In this document: positions 11,728-23,474 of the stretch, in pieces | Numbering within the stretch: position 1 is the stretch's first letter | Layout: each line of letters opens with the position of its first letter | NCBI GenBank assembly: GCA_047967505.1 | Contig: CM106538.1 | Direction: 5' to 3' (one strand) | Source: Dipteris shenzhenensis | Taxonomy: Eukaryota | Length of the DNA: 64,000 nucleotides | Translations under genes and position numbers: made by a program | The notes under the pieces: model-generated | Told to the model about the DNA's origin: nothing | Database searches by the model: none | What the model saw: the letters and a program-made list of their open reading frames with translations, nothing else

Positions 11728-14700
11728 TTCCTTCCCTCTTTAAGCATCAGTGTCCTCGATGATGAAATCTGGGAACACTCTCCGTAATTGGTATACGGAT
11801 TTCCAGGTAGCTTCCGATAGAGGTGGACCATGCCATGCAACCAACACCGTGGGTATCTTCCGATTGCGCACTTGCATTATTCGTCGGTCCAGGATTCTTG
11901 TTGGTTTGCGTCTTGCATTATCCTTTATGTTCTGAAACAAAACAACGCCTTCGATTAGTGAGTCACCTGTATGCAAAAATTTCTTTAAACGAGAAACATG
12001 AAACACTGGGTGCACCTTACACCCCTGTGGTAATTCTAATTTATAGGCTACCTTGCCTATTCTCTTTAGAATTAACCATGGCCCACAATATCGAGGTGAT
12101 AACTTAGCACACTCTCCTGCAATCAAAGACTTATAGTGCGAAGGAACTATGAGAAAAACTTTTTCTCCTTCCTTAAATTCTCTATTGGATCGGTTTTCAT
12201 CCGCATACGCCTTAGCTCTATCCATAGCTTGGCGGATGTTAGCTCTCGCAAGTGCTAGCATCTCCCGCATCTGAACCACAAAGTTCGCGGCATTAGGCAC
12301 TTTCTGAGGTACTCCAACTATAGTTGGATTCGCTGGCCTATAACCATAGTTCAGTTCAAACGGATTGAACCCTGTAGAGGAATGTTTTCTATCATTGTAG
12401 GCAAACTCCAACAATGGCAACCACTTGTGCCATGTATGTTGCCTCAATGACACATATGCTCTAAGCATACACTCTAAAATTTGGTTCATTCTTTCCGTCT
12501 GACCATCCGTTTCTGGATGATCCCCACTACTCATTCCCAACTCAGTCCTTAGTGTCTCAAATACCGCAGGCCAAAAATGATCGGTAAATTTGACATCTTT
12601 GTATGACACTATGGATCTGGGTAATCCATGCAGACGAAATATATGTCTAATAAACAAATCCGCCACTTGCGGGGCACTAACAGACTCTCTAGTTGGAATG
12701 AAGTGAGCCATCTTGGTAAGACGATCAACCACCACAAGGATAGAATCATATCCACCTTGTGTCATAGGCAGCCCTACTATAAAGTCCATGGAAATGCTCT
12801 CCCACTTACTTAGTGGTATCTCCAAGGGCTATAAAAGTCTGGGTGGCTTCACCCGCTCGGCCTTACTTCCCTGACACGAAAAACAACGTGTCACATATTC
12901 ATGAATATGCTTTTTCATCTTTGGCCAAAAGAAATCTCGCTTCACGAGATCATATGTCTTCTCGACTCCTGGATGTCCCACACATGGGCTATCATGGCAT
13001 TGTCGAATGACTCTCTGCCTGAGATCATTCTGATTAGGTACTACTACCTTGCCATTTCTTTTCAGCATACCATCCCTTATGGCATATCTTGCATAAGTTT
13101 GGCCTTTTCTGGATGCCAGGTCATCCTTTTCGGTTTTCCCGGGTTTTAACATATGAGCCTTAGGCCATAGACTCTGGACAAACTCGTCCACCTTTTGAGT
13201 TTCTCTAATCTCGGCCATTAGAGTACTCTCTAACACCGTGAAACTCATGTTATGCATAATGTGTGACAACGCATCAACAACTTTATTATCCTTTCCTCTT
13301 CGGTACCGAATCGTCAAATTAAACTCCTGCATGAGTTCTGCCCACCTAGCTTGGCGGCCTGTCAAGTCAGGTTGTTTACAAAAATGTTTCAGAGTATCAT
13401 GATCAACATCCACATAGAACTCTGATCCATACAAATAATGTCTCCATGGTTTTAAAGCATGGACAACAGCATACAACTCTAATTCATGAGTTGGCCAATT
13501 TCGTTGAGAGGGAGAAAGCTTCTTGCTTTCAAAGGCTACTAGCCTTCCCTCTTGGAGGAGAACTGCTCCTACTGCGATGCCACTTGCATCGGTTTCCAGG
13601 AACAACGGTTTCTGGGGATCAACTATTTTTAACACTGGTCCTGTGACCACAGCTTGTTTTAAGGTGTTAGAACTTTCCTGTTGATTCTGTCCCCATATAA
13701 AAGGTACTTTATCTGAGATCAGATCAGTCAATGGCGATACTATTTCGGAATATCCTTTGATATGCCTTCGATAAAATTGGACAGATCCCAAGAATGATCG
13801 CGGTCAGACATTGGCCAAGTCAGTATCGCAGCCACTTTCTTTGGATCCATTTCTACCCCTTCTGGAGTAATTATGAATCCTAAATATTCAAGTCTAACCA
13901 TTCACAGTATAATTTTCTTCTTATTTACATAAAGACTGGCTTTACTCAAAGTACTGAACACTAAAACAATTAGAGAACTTCTCCGATATCTCTTTAGCCA
14001 ACTCGGCCATTTTCCCATCTTGGGTAGCCTCAGTGCTAGCCGATGCATCATCAATCGACTCTACCGATGCTATACACAGACACAGAAACTCTTTCAGAGT
14101 CTTCCGAATTTCCATGGCTGAAATCAATGGTCCTCGAGATAAATCCTTTTCACCTCGCAAAACATATTCTACCCCATTCATCTTGAACTGGTAAATATGC
14201 TTTTTCCAATCAATGGCTGGATTTTTCCAAAAATGCCAAGCCATGCCTAGGGTTATATCTATGTGAGCAAGCCTGGTCAACTCAAAGTCCAGCTTCTCAA
14301 CATAGTCCTGAATTCGAAGTTCCAACTGGGTAATACTTTGGTCCCATACTTCAGTTGAACTTATGTCCGCCATCCTGACCGTATAAGCATAGTCAGACGG
14401 ACTAGTTTTCAACTTGAGCCTCTTAATAAGCTTCGAGTTAATTACATTGTGCGTTGACGCTGAGTCAAACAACACAATCACATCATGATTGGCTACTTGT
14501 CCTTTCATTTTAATCAACTCGGGCTCATCGAAAACGTATACCCTGTTGCTGCGGGCTTTGAAAGGATGTTATTAGGTGCACCGCTTACTAACTTAGTAAC
14601 AGACACACTTAACAACACAGGTACTAACCTCTGAGAAGGTCCCACCAATTGCATCTGCATGTATTCCGCATTGGGACTCTCCTGCATTTCTGCGTCGCAT

Positions 14701-16856
14701 TCAGATATTATCATATTGGCCATGCGACAGTCTTTGTTTAGTGGACAATCTTTCCACTGATGTTGCTGAAGGTAGCCGAAGCACAATCCTTCTTTTCTAG
14801 CTTTTTCTTTTTGCTCAGGGGTCAACGAGGACTTTGACCAAGCCCGGGCTGCCATTGGAGTTACTTTTCTTTTCACCTCAACGGTGGTACTTGTCTTTGC
14901 TTGTCCCTCAACCGGCTTCACCTGCTTGGTTTGGCCACTTGGCTGCGAGACACTTGTCTTTGAAGTCCATTTCCTCTGAAATCCCCCTTTTCTCGGGTAC
15001 TCATGTTGAGTCCTTGCCTGCACAAACCCACTAGGTCTGCCTCTGGCATCCTCATAGTTTAGGGCTACTGCAATAGATTCATCTAATGTAGTCACATATT
15101 TAGCTCGAACTTCCATTTTTATCTTGTCGTTCAGTCCATAGATATAGTCTTTCAACTGAACCGACATAGGGATAGGTCTGTTATTTTCATAACACATTCC
15201 CTGAACTTATCAGTGTACTCTGCCACCGACAAATTCCTTTGGCGAAGGTTTCTATAAGCATCCCAAGCTCGGGACTCTTCGTCAGGTGGAAGGAAGTGTT
15301 TCTTAAATTCAGCCTTAAACCCTTCCCAAGTGGTAGGGGCAACTTGATCTTTCTGTTGCTTTATCCACCACCTATCCGCTGCCTTAATAAACAGGTGAGT
15401 GGTCTCGTGGATTTTCTTTAGATCAGATCAGATTTCACAAATGGCGAAGGCTTCTTCCCACTTGTGTAACCAAACCTCGATCACATCAGAACTGCGCTCG
15501 GCGGTCATCCGCCGACCAGCGTACTTCTCCGGTCTATAGTTGGCAATATTAGGTACCTTGACCTTCGCACGTTCTGATGAGTGTATACTGGGCTCTGGCT
15601 CTGCTGGAGCTTTACCCTTTATTTCTAGATGGTCTAGCCGACAAGGCTTGCACCATCTCTCTAATTTCATTTTGACCAGTGTTCACTTGAAGCTGCTGGT
15701 TCATGATCTGCTGTAAAGCATCTTCTAATATAGAAATTCTACCCACCAGAGTAGGTGTTGTGTGATGAGACATTTCTTGCGTAGACCGCGCTCTAGATTC
15801 ACCAAGATTTACCTTGGAATCTTGTCCCTCTGCCTCCATTGTTTCAAAAGGAAAAATAGTTTTTTTTTTTTTCCACTTCAGATTCCCCTTTGCTGTACAG
15901 GAATAATAAACTGCAAACTCTGCTGTACAGGAACAAATCGACTGCAAACTGGAAACTAAAATTTTATATAGAAGGAAAAAAAAAGATGCCCCCTGGAAGC
16001 TCCGCGAAGTCTTGAATGGATACTCCTATCCCTGGTATTCAGATTTTCAATAAAATTGTCGAACCACTGCCAAACTACCTAATCTGTGCGATGTATTAGT
16101 CTTGGCCTGTTTGATGACGAAATTCCCACGTTGTTGAGCTATCAGAGCTTTTTTCATTTCAAAATCGTCAAATCTGAAAATCTTCTGCATCCTTGCATCG
16201 CTACCGCCTACCTGAGCCTTCGCAAGATCTGAGTTTTACAAGCATCTTTTGGCCCAGCTTCCGAGAGAAGTAATAAGCTATAGCCAGGCAAGGAATACGT
16301 TCGTTGCCCCTTGCTTTTACGGTGTTCTTAAGCAACAGACACTATTCATCGCAATTTTGTGGCTCTGGCATAATTGAAATCCTCATTCGTCGTCTTCATT
16401 CACTCCGTGACATTGATGTGCTTTTCGTCAGCGGCAATCCAAAGCTTAGCTACGCCATGATCTGCCCACGGTGCGCCGCTTTCTACGTTTGCCCCAAATC
16501 GTCACAACGGCTTTTTCCTCATAATCATCTCAAGGTCTCAGTGCAGGATCAAGCTGTGTAAACAGTTAGGTAAAAGGTGAGCGCAGAGAGCTGCTTCCGT
16601 TGATGGAGCGGCTAAGACATTCGCTTCTCTCTTTCATTTCGTCGTCACACGCCCTGCGCTCCGATGCGAATGATCACGACTTTTCTCTGCTACAGGGCGT
16701 TCCAATGCCCCAAATCCCGTAGCTATGGGCAAGATCACAAAGCAAGTGATACTAGTCGCACGAATCCATTGCCATGAAGCTTGGAGCGAGCACATCCAAA
16801 AGTTGGCCTCCCTCCATACGCAATCCCCTCGTCTAGCCTGAAGCTATGATACCAAC

Positions 16857-17304
16857 TGTTAAGCTCAATTTTTCTATCCTTACTGTTCCGTCGAATTACA
16901 GGCGATGGCATCATAAATTTCCTCCCAGCCTCTCTTGTGAATCCCATGCATACATAAGATACGTAATTATCTTTCCTCATGCATATCCACAAGCCCACAA
17001 CTCCCTAGATGGTTCCCTCATGCCACCTGTCATCTCTTAGACCTTTAGCTTGGTACACCATTTACCCCTCTCTTGGGGCACAATTAAAACGTTTGCCCCT
17101 TGGCATTATTACACATTTAGGTGCACCTAGGCCTTAGCATTCAGAACCACCTAGTCGATGCCAATACACCCTCACCTAGGACCTTGGCAGTTACTTCCCT
17201 TGACCATTTTATTTACGCACATAAAATATTACAGAAGTCGGTCATCTAAGAGAAAATGCCCACTGATCTTTTTGAGGTCATGCTATCTCGGCTAGAGCAT
17301 AACA
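16857..17304 (-). repeat. 5' LTR of element C
   Basis: Direct repeat of 11280-11727, with the PBS immediately inside (~16843-16854). Confidence 0.95.
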
Positions 17305-20300
17305 GACTCCTTGGCAAACTGCAACATTTCTTGCATGTCTTGCAAGAAGGTCTTTGCAGCATCATTTTGGATTCCCTTTAACCCAACCATAATTGGTGAC
17401 TTATGTGGAAACCCGTACATAAGCATAAAAGAACTGTAACCAGTACTCGAATGCTTTGCACTCTTATAAGCAAATTCCATCATAGGTAGATAATCTTCCC
17501 ATGAAGACTGTCTCTTAGAAACATATGTCCGAAGCATATCTTCAACCAATTGGTTGACCTTCTCTGTACTGCCGTTGGATTGTGCATGATCTGAGGAACT
17601 TATACTTAAGAGTACTTTCTAACTTCTCAAAAACAAGTGTCCAAAAGTTACTTGTAAACTTCGAGTCCTTGTCACTGACTATGTCAGAGGGCAAACCATA
17701 CATCTTAAACAAGTGGTCCACAAACTCGTGAGTTAGCTGAACAACTGAAATAGTTGTTCTAGTAGGTAAGAATCGAGCCATTTTTGTCAAACGGTCGACT
17801 ATGACCCAAATGGAGTCATGACCCTCGCGCGTTCGAGGCAAACCAGTAATAAAATCCATGGAAATACTTTCTCATTTATTACCTGGAATTTGCAATGGCT
17901 GTAATAAACCCGCGCTTCTAAGGTGTTTTGCCTTAGTAACCTGACAAACCCGGCAACCTACCACATAGTTTTCAATAAATGCACGCATCTTAGGCCAATA
18001 AAAGGTATGCTTCACAAGAGACAGAGTGCGACGTATACCCGGATGTCTAGCACTAGGAGCATCATGACACTCCCAGAGAATCTTGGATCGAAGTTCCAGA
18101 ACATCTGGCACACAAATCTTTCCATTCCGGAACAGCAAGCCGTTCCTAATCATCCACTGACCTCCCGCCGCCTGTACCGTAGGGGGCACAATCCCTGAGT
18201 CTTGGTCAACCATGGAGCTCCCATCCTGGACTTTCTGCCAATAAGAACTGAAATGACTATCAGTTGTGCAAAGCCCTCTCAAGGATTGAAATAGGTCTGA
18301 GGATATTTCTGTAAATGACATAGCATTTACAAACTTGACTCGACTTAAGGCATCCGCCACACTATTCAACGAACCCTTGCGATAACGTATTTCAAAATCA
18401 AAATCTTGCATTAATTCTGTCCATCTAGCTTTCCGTCCCCTCAATTCAGACCCATCACACACATACTTGATTGACTGATGATCAGTCAATACAAGAAACT
18501 TCGAACCATACAAGTAGTGTCTCCAAAACTTTAGGGCATACACTACTGCATAGTTCTTTTTCTAGTGTGGGCCAACGATATTGGGTGTCGTCCAGCTTCT
18601 TACTCTCAAAAGCCACAGGTCTGCCCTCTTGGAATAAGGCTGCCCCAATCGCAAAATCACTCGCATCGGCCTCTAAAACATAAGGCCGGGTAGGATCAGG
18701 TAATGCAAGAACGGGTGCTTCCTTGATAGAAAACTTCAAGGTTTCAAAAGCCTTGTTCAATGCATCATTCCAAGAGATTGGTTGGGTAGACCTGCGTCCA
18801 CGACCTTTCAATATGTTTGTCAGGGGTGCCGTGATGTGTGAATAATCACGCACAGACTTTCGTAGAAATACCGTAAATCCTAGAAAGAATGAAGTTGTTT
18901 CACAGTCTGAGGAGTAGGCCACTCTAAAACCTTCTGGATACGATCCAGATCAATGCTAATACCTTCAGAAGAAATCTTGTGTCCTAAGTAAATGATCTCC
19001 TTCATAAAGAAGTTCCATTTACTCATCTTGGCATAGAGCTTATGCTGCCTTAGAATAACTAAGACAATCCGGAGGTGTCCTATGTGATCCTCTAGCGTTC
19101 GGCTATATACCAAGATGTCATCTAAGAACACTACAACAAATTTGCCCAGAAAATCTCGGAACAAATCGTTCATCATTTGCTGGAAGGTGGCAGGAGCATT
19201 GGTCAAACCAAAAGGTAATACAAGAAACTCGTAGTGGCCATACCTAGTTCGGAATGTGGTTCTATCTATGTGTTTAGCATAGATACGAATTTGGTGATAT
19301 CACGTACACAAATCAATCTTAGTGAAATACTTCGCTCCTTCCAAACGGTCTATTAGATCATCGAAACGAGGTAGAGAGTATCGATTCTTAATTGTCACTT
19401 TATTCAATCGTTTATAATCTATACACATTCTCCATTTAGTATCTTTCTTCTTTCTCAAGAGGACAGGTGCTCCCCAAGGTGATTTACTTGGGTGAATATA
19501 GCCCATATTCAAATAATCGTGTAGCTATGAAGCTAACTCATTCTCCTCAAGCTGGCTCATCCTATAAGGTGGAACACTAATAGGTTGAGCCCCAGGTAGT
19601 AAGTCTATGCGATGATCTACTGCGCGCTCTGGAGGTAAACCTTCCGGCAGTTGAACAAGGAATGCATCCATGAAATCATCTAACAATGTTCTCAATTCAC
19701 GGTGTTCACACACACTTAAATCATTCTTGTCATTAACAGAGACAACAAATGAAGAAAGCGGAATCAAAACACACTGATAGACATCATAATGAGAAGTGTT
19801 TAATATATTCAGAAGTTGCATCGCAGATACAATAGGTCCCTGAGAAGAGGGAATGTTATCACACTGAATACAAAATTGGGTGTCCTTATCCAAAAAAGAA
19901 AGAGTATGGTCCTTCCATCCAATCCGAATATCGTGGGTTTTAAACCACTCTATTCCGATTAACAAGTCCACATGCTCTAAGTGCATGACATAGCATATAA
20001 GAGCCGCTGTGTAATCTTGAATCCGGATAGAAAGCGCTTCAATCTTGCGATCCCAAAATTGCTTCCCAGTTGGAAGCTGCACCTCATAGGTGTGATCGCT
20101 AGGTTTCGTGGACAGCCCCATCTTTTGCATAAGTTTGTAATTAACAAAGTTGTGAGAGCTGCCCGGGTCAAAGAGAATGTGAACTCTTTGGTCCTTAACT
20201 TCTCCATAAACTCGGAAAAGATCATGGGAACCAAATAACGAAGTATTAAAAGTGCAATTGCAAGAAAGTGGGCAGGTAATGACATTTACAGAAATACCTG

Positions 20301-23171
20301 TCATCGAAACTTGATTAGCTCCCTTAACTTTGGTACCTGGACCCGCATAGAGCTTCGATCCCGGCGCTTGCTTCTGGTTCTTGCGCTTAGGATAATCATT
20401 CCTAGTGTGGCTCCATTCCTCGCAGATGAAGCAACGTCCCTCTTTCTTTAGCTTCAAGGTACGAAGGAAACGTGCACAACCATTCTTCGCCTGAGTCAAA
20501 TGTTTCTTGGAGGCGTTGTCTATAGACTTCGACTCCCCGATACCAGTGGTAGACTAGAAGAAATTCCTCTTGTTCTTCCCACCCGTGTCAGCAACTGTGG
20601 TTCCCTTTGCGGTGGCCATGGTATCATCATAAATGCGAGCGTAATTCATGGCCTCTTACAATGTGGTACACTTGTTGTTCTTGATCTGTAACTCGTACGA
20701 GTCAGGCAAACCATTCACAAAGAAACCTAACAAGGTCACTTGATAGCTCTGGTCTGCAGATCCCGAAACCTCTGAAGATAAACCTCGCAAGTCAAATTCA
20801 ACTTGGACATATCGAGGGCTTTGAGCTTGCCTACGATATTATAATCTTCCTTCTTCTTTAGAAACTCTTTCCTAAAGACCCCTTCGAATTCTATCCATGT
20901 TGCAGGCTTGGGTTGGAGTTCCTTCCACCACAATAAAGCCTTTCCTGACATAAACCCGGCTGCAAGCTGTATTTTCTTGTCATCTGGGTAAGGGTGAAAG
21001 TGGAAGTGTACTTGCCACTTGTGCAACCAAGTGTCAACAACCTCCTTGGTATGAGACTTCTGGTCTCCGAGAAAAGGATCTGGAGTGATGTTCGGACCTA
21101 ACACTGAAGCCATGGCATCCACATGCGTGAGCGCCTGAACAGTGCTAGTCAAAAGTGTGAGTGTAGTCTGAATCCCTTGGAGTTGTTGTGTCAACCCCGT
21201 TTGATTCGTGTTAACCTGCTCAAACTTTCCATCTAGACCAGTGGTGAATTCACTGAAGGCTTTTTTCGTAATCAGATCATCGTAGAGACCCTGGTCATCC
21301 TCCGCATGGTAGTTGATATCCTGGTCTCCCATCGCAAGCTCAGGGTCTATAGAATCAGCCATAACTGAATCGAATCTGATGAAGAAAAAAGGCTGAGAGA
21401 AGAGAAGGGACAGGTGGGCTCGAAACTAGGAGACTGGAACAGAGAGAAAATCTGACGAAACAGAGGGGGATGAGAGAAAGAGGCTGGCTGGTCGAAAGAA
21501 GAAGGGGCTGGCGGAGGCTGGCAATCCAGGAGCCGAGCTCCTTGCTGGCCTGCACGGAAATCTGCAGCAGGCGGTACATGAGAGTGGAATCGTCAAGAGG
21601 GGCGTAGAGGGGTAGAGACTTGCGCACGGGTCATGATAAGGGGAGGAGCTGCTGCTGCGCTATGCTCTAGAAGAGGTGGGCGCAACTCTTAGAGAGTTCA
21701 GCTGTAAAAAAAAACCCACCCTCCTAAGTTGGAGGGGTGGTGCTTTTTTTAGCATCTAGATCCCCCCCGAATTAGCACAGCCTTGCCTGCGACCTGCTCC
21801 CACCCATGGCGCACCCCACAACTCACCCCTTGGCTACCTGAGCTAGTCTTGTGTACCTAGTACACATCGGATACCAATCCGTGCACATGACACCAACACT
21901 TCAGCCTGGCTCATCAGCTGGGCCTCCTCATACTGCTCTTCATGTCTGCAGTCCCTTGTAGACTTGCCCTTCCTAGAGTTAGAGCCAGCTCTCCTTGGGC
22001 CCATTACAATTTAGGAATAGATTACCTCAATTTCCAGGCCTCAAATCAACCGGGAATGAAAACTGTCTGTAGCTGTTTAGAGCACTGTTTAGGGCTTGTT
22101 TAGTGCACTGTTTTGAACAGAAACTCCCTGTTTGAAACACTGTTTGGACCTCTTTTTTTGAATACTATGCAGAGGGACTGTTAAGACTCAGATGCTCAAT
22201 GCTCTGCCATGGCACTGTATAGAAAATGATCAGTAATTATCACTGAGAAGAAATGACTGCCACGTGGCAGATGCACAGCAGTTTACCCTAATTCCGAGTT
22301 TTTGAGGGCTCAATTACGACTAATTGTTGCAATTTAGGCATAAGCAGGATAGAATATAGCACAATATAGCACATAAATCTGAAAAGTCCCAATTTCTAGG
22401 GTCTTTTGGTAGATAAAAACTCCAAATTGCACCTGCTAGAGCAGATTCCGAGGTAGATGAGAGGGCAAATGGAATCCAATCAAGGCCAAACCTGGTACAG
22501 ATGCTCCCCCAGCTGAGGCAACTCTGTGAATGCCATCAAGAAATTGAAGCAGTAGTTGCCCAGATCGCAGCAGATAAAGGGAGCTGGTGGTGCACTGATA
22601 CCCAGGCAATTTCTGGCCCTAAAGTGGGAATTTTTTTGGGATTCTTGAGGGCTAATGATCAGGAGATCATGCTGAACACATTGATGTCAAAATCATTCAA
22701 TTCTGAGCAGCTGGAGATTTGATCTGAGTCCCATTAGATTGCTAACCCTAGAGTTTCCTACTGTTACAATAAGCTAGCATTGTTTCTATTTGAAGCTGTA
22801 TGGATGCATGCTCCTGAGAGCTAGCCTCATCTCTTGGTATTGTACCAGATTCAGATCTTATGAAGAGCACTATTGCAGCTTTCTGTGACATGCTGAGCTC
22901 GCGCTTGTTCCGATTGAGAGCAGCTGAGAGTTCGTTACTTCAGCTCTTGTATTAGCGGAGTTGTATTGGAATTTGGAGCAAATCTTGTACAAGATGGTCA
23001 TGCAGTGACATACGCAAGTAGGAGATTGAAAGATGTGCAACTTAACTATGATGTGCATAAAATGGAGTTGCTTGCAATGATTCAACACTATGCGTTTGGA
23101 AGCATTATCTCCTAGATGTTGATTTCTCACTTAAGTTGACCATCAGAATGTGAGCAGCAGCAGACGGTGGC

Positions 23172-23250
23172 CGAGCAGCAGCAGCACACACACACACGCA
23201 CACGCACACGCACGCACGCACGCACAGAGAGAGAGAGAGAGAGAGAGAGC
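23172..23250. repeat. Compound microsatellite (GCA)n(CA)n(CACG)n(GA)n
   Basis: Seen directly, ~60 bp upstream of the exon 3 acceptor. Confidence 0.95.
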
Positions 23251-23309
23251 GAGCTGCTAATTAGTTGAATTGGAAAGAATCATCAATTGAACCAGTTTGT
23301 TATTGGCAG

Positions 23310-23474
23310 GTTCCAATATTGGTAGATCTTCTTTATTCCAGTGTGGCCAGCAAGGTTAACTTGATGATGATATACATTCCATACTTCCTGATTCCTGTGG
23401 TTTTGACTTTCCACGTACTGACCTTCAAACGTGGTCTGTGGCAAGCACATTCAAAGGCAAAGAAAAGGATGTGA
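23310..23474 (+). CDS. TMEM97: TMEM97-like protein, exon 3
   Basis: Acceptor TTGGCAG|GTT, phase 0. It encodes VPILVDLLYSS..LMMIYIPYFLIPVVL..KAKKRM* with the Y.PY..IP motif and a KKxx-type ER-retrieval tail. The joined ORF is 162 aa with no internal stop. Confidence 0.88.
   Translation, partial: VPILVDLLYSSVASKVNLMMIYIPYFLIPVVLTFHVLTFKRGLWQAHSKAKKRM

Larger units (their letters stand above)
11280..17304 (-). mobile_element. Ty3/gypsy chromovirus C (youngest), inserted in the integrase of B; RT core deleted
   Basis: 448-bp LTRs at 11280-11727 and 16857-17304 differ at 8 positions by eye. PBS TGGTATCATAGC (tRNA-iMet type), PPT and TSD GACTT/GACTC are present. Removing C restores B integrase ..[14 protein letters not shown]. 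It has gag, protease LFDSASTHNVI, RH and integrase with chromodomain. Confidence 0.96.
10228..21892 (-). mobile_element. Ty3/gypsy chromovirus B inserted in the gag of A
   Basis: Perfect TSD CCAAC at 10223-10227 and 21893-21897. It has gag (from 21362), protease LFDPGSSHNF, RT VVVFLDDILVYS, RH, and integrase with GPF motif and chromodomain ([14 protein letters not shown]). A PPT precedes the 3' LTR. There are multiple stops and frameshifts. Confidence 0.95.
5581..22768 (-). mobile_element. Ty3/gypsy LTR retrotransposon A (outermost, degenerate; termini approximate)
   Basis: The gag ATG is at 22004 (MGPRRAGS..QAEV|LALRDDDM, split by element B), followed by gag 8318-10227, protease VFVDSGSTHSF 7838-8158 and RT/RH 5781-6726. 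The RT YxDD region and the integrase are deleted. A possible LTR start TGTAAC lies at 22768. No TSD was found. Confidence 0.85.
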
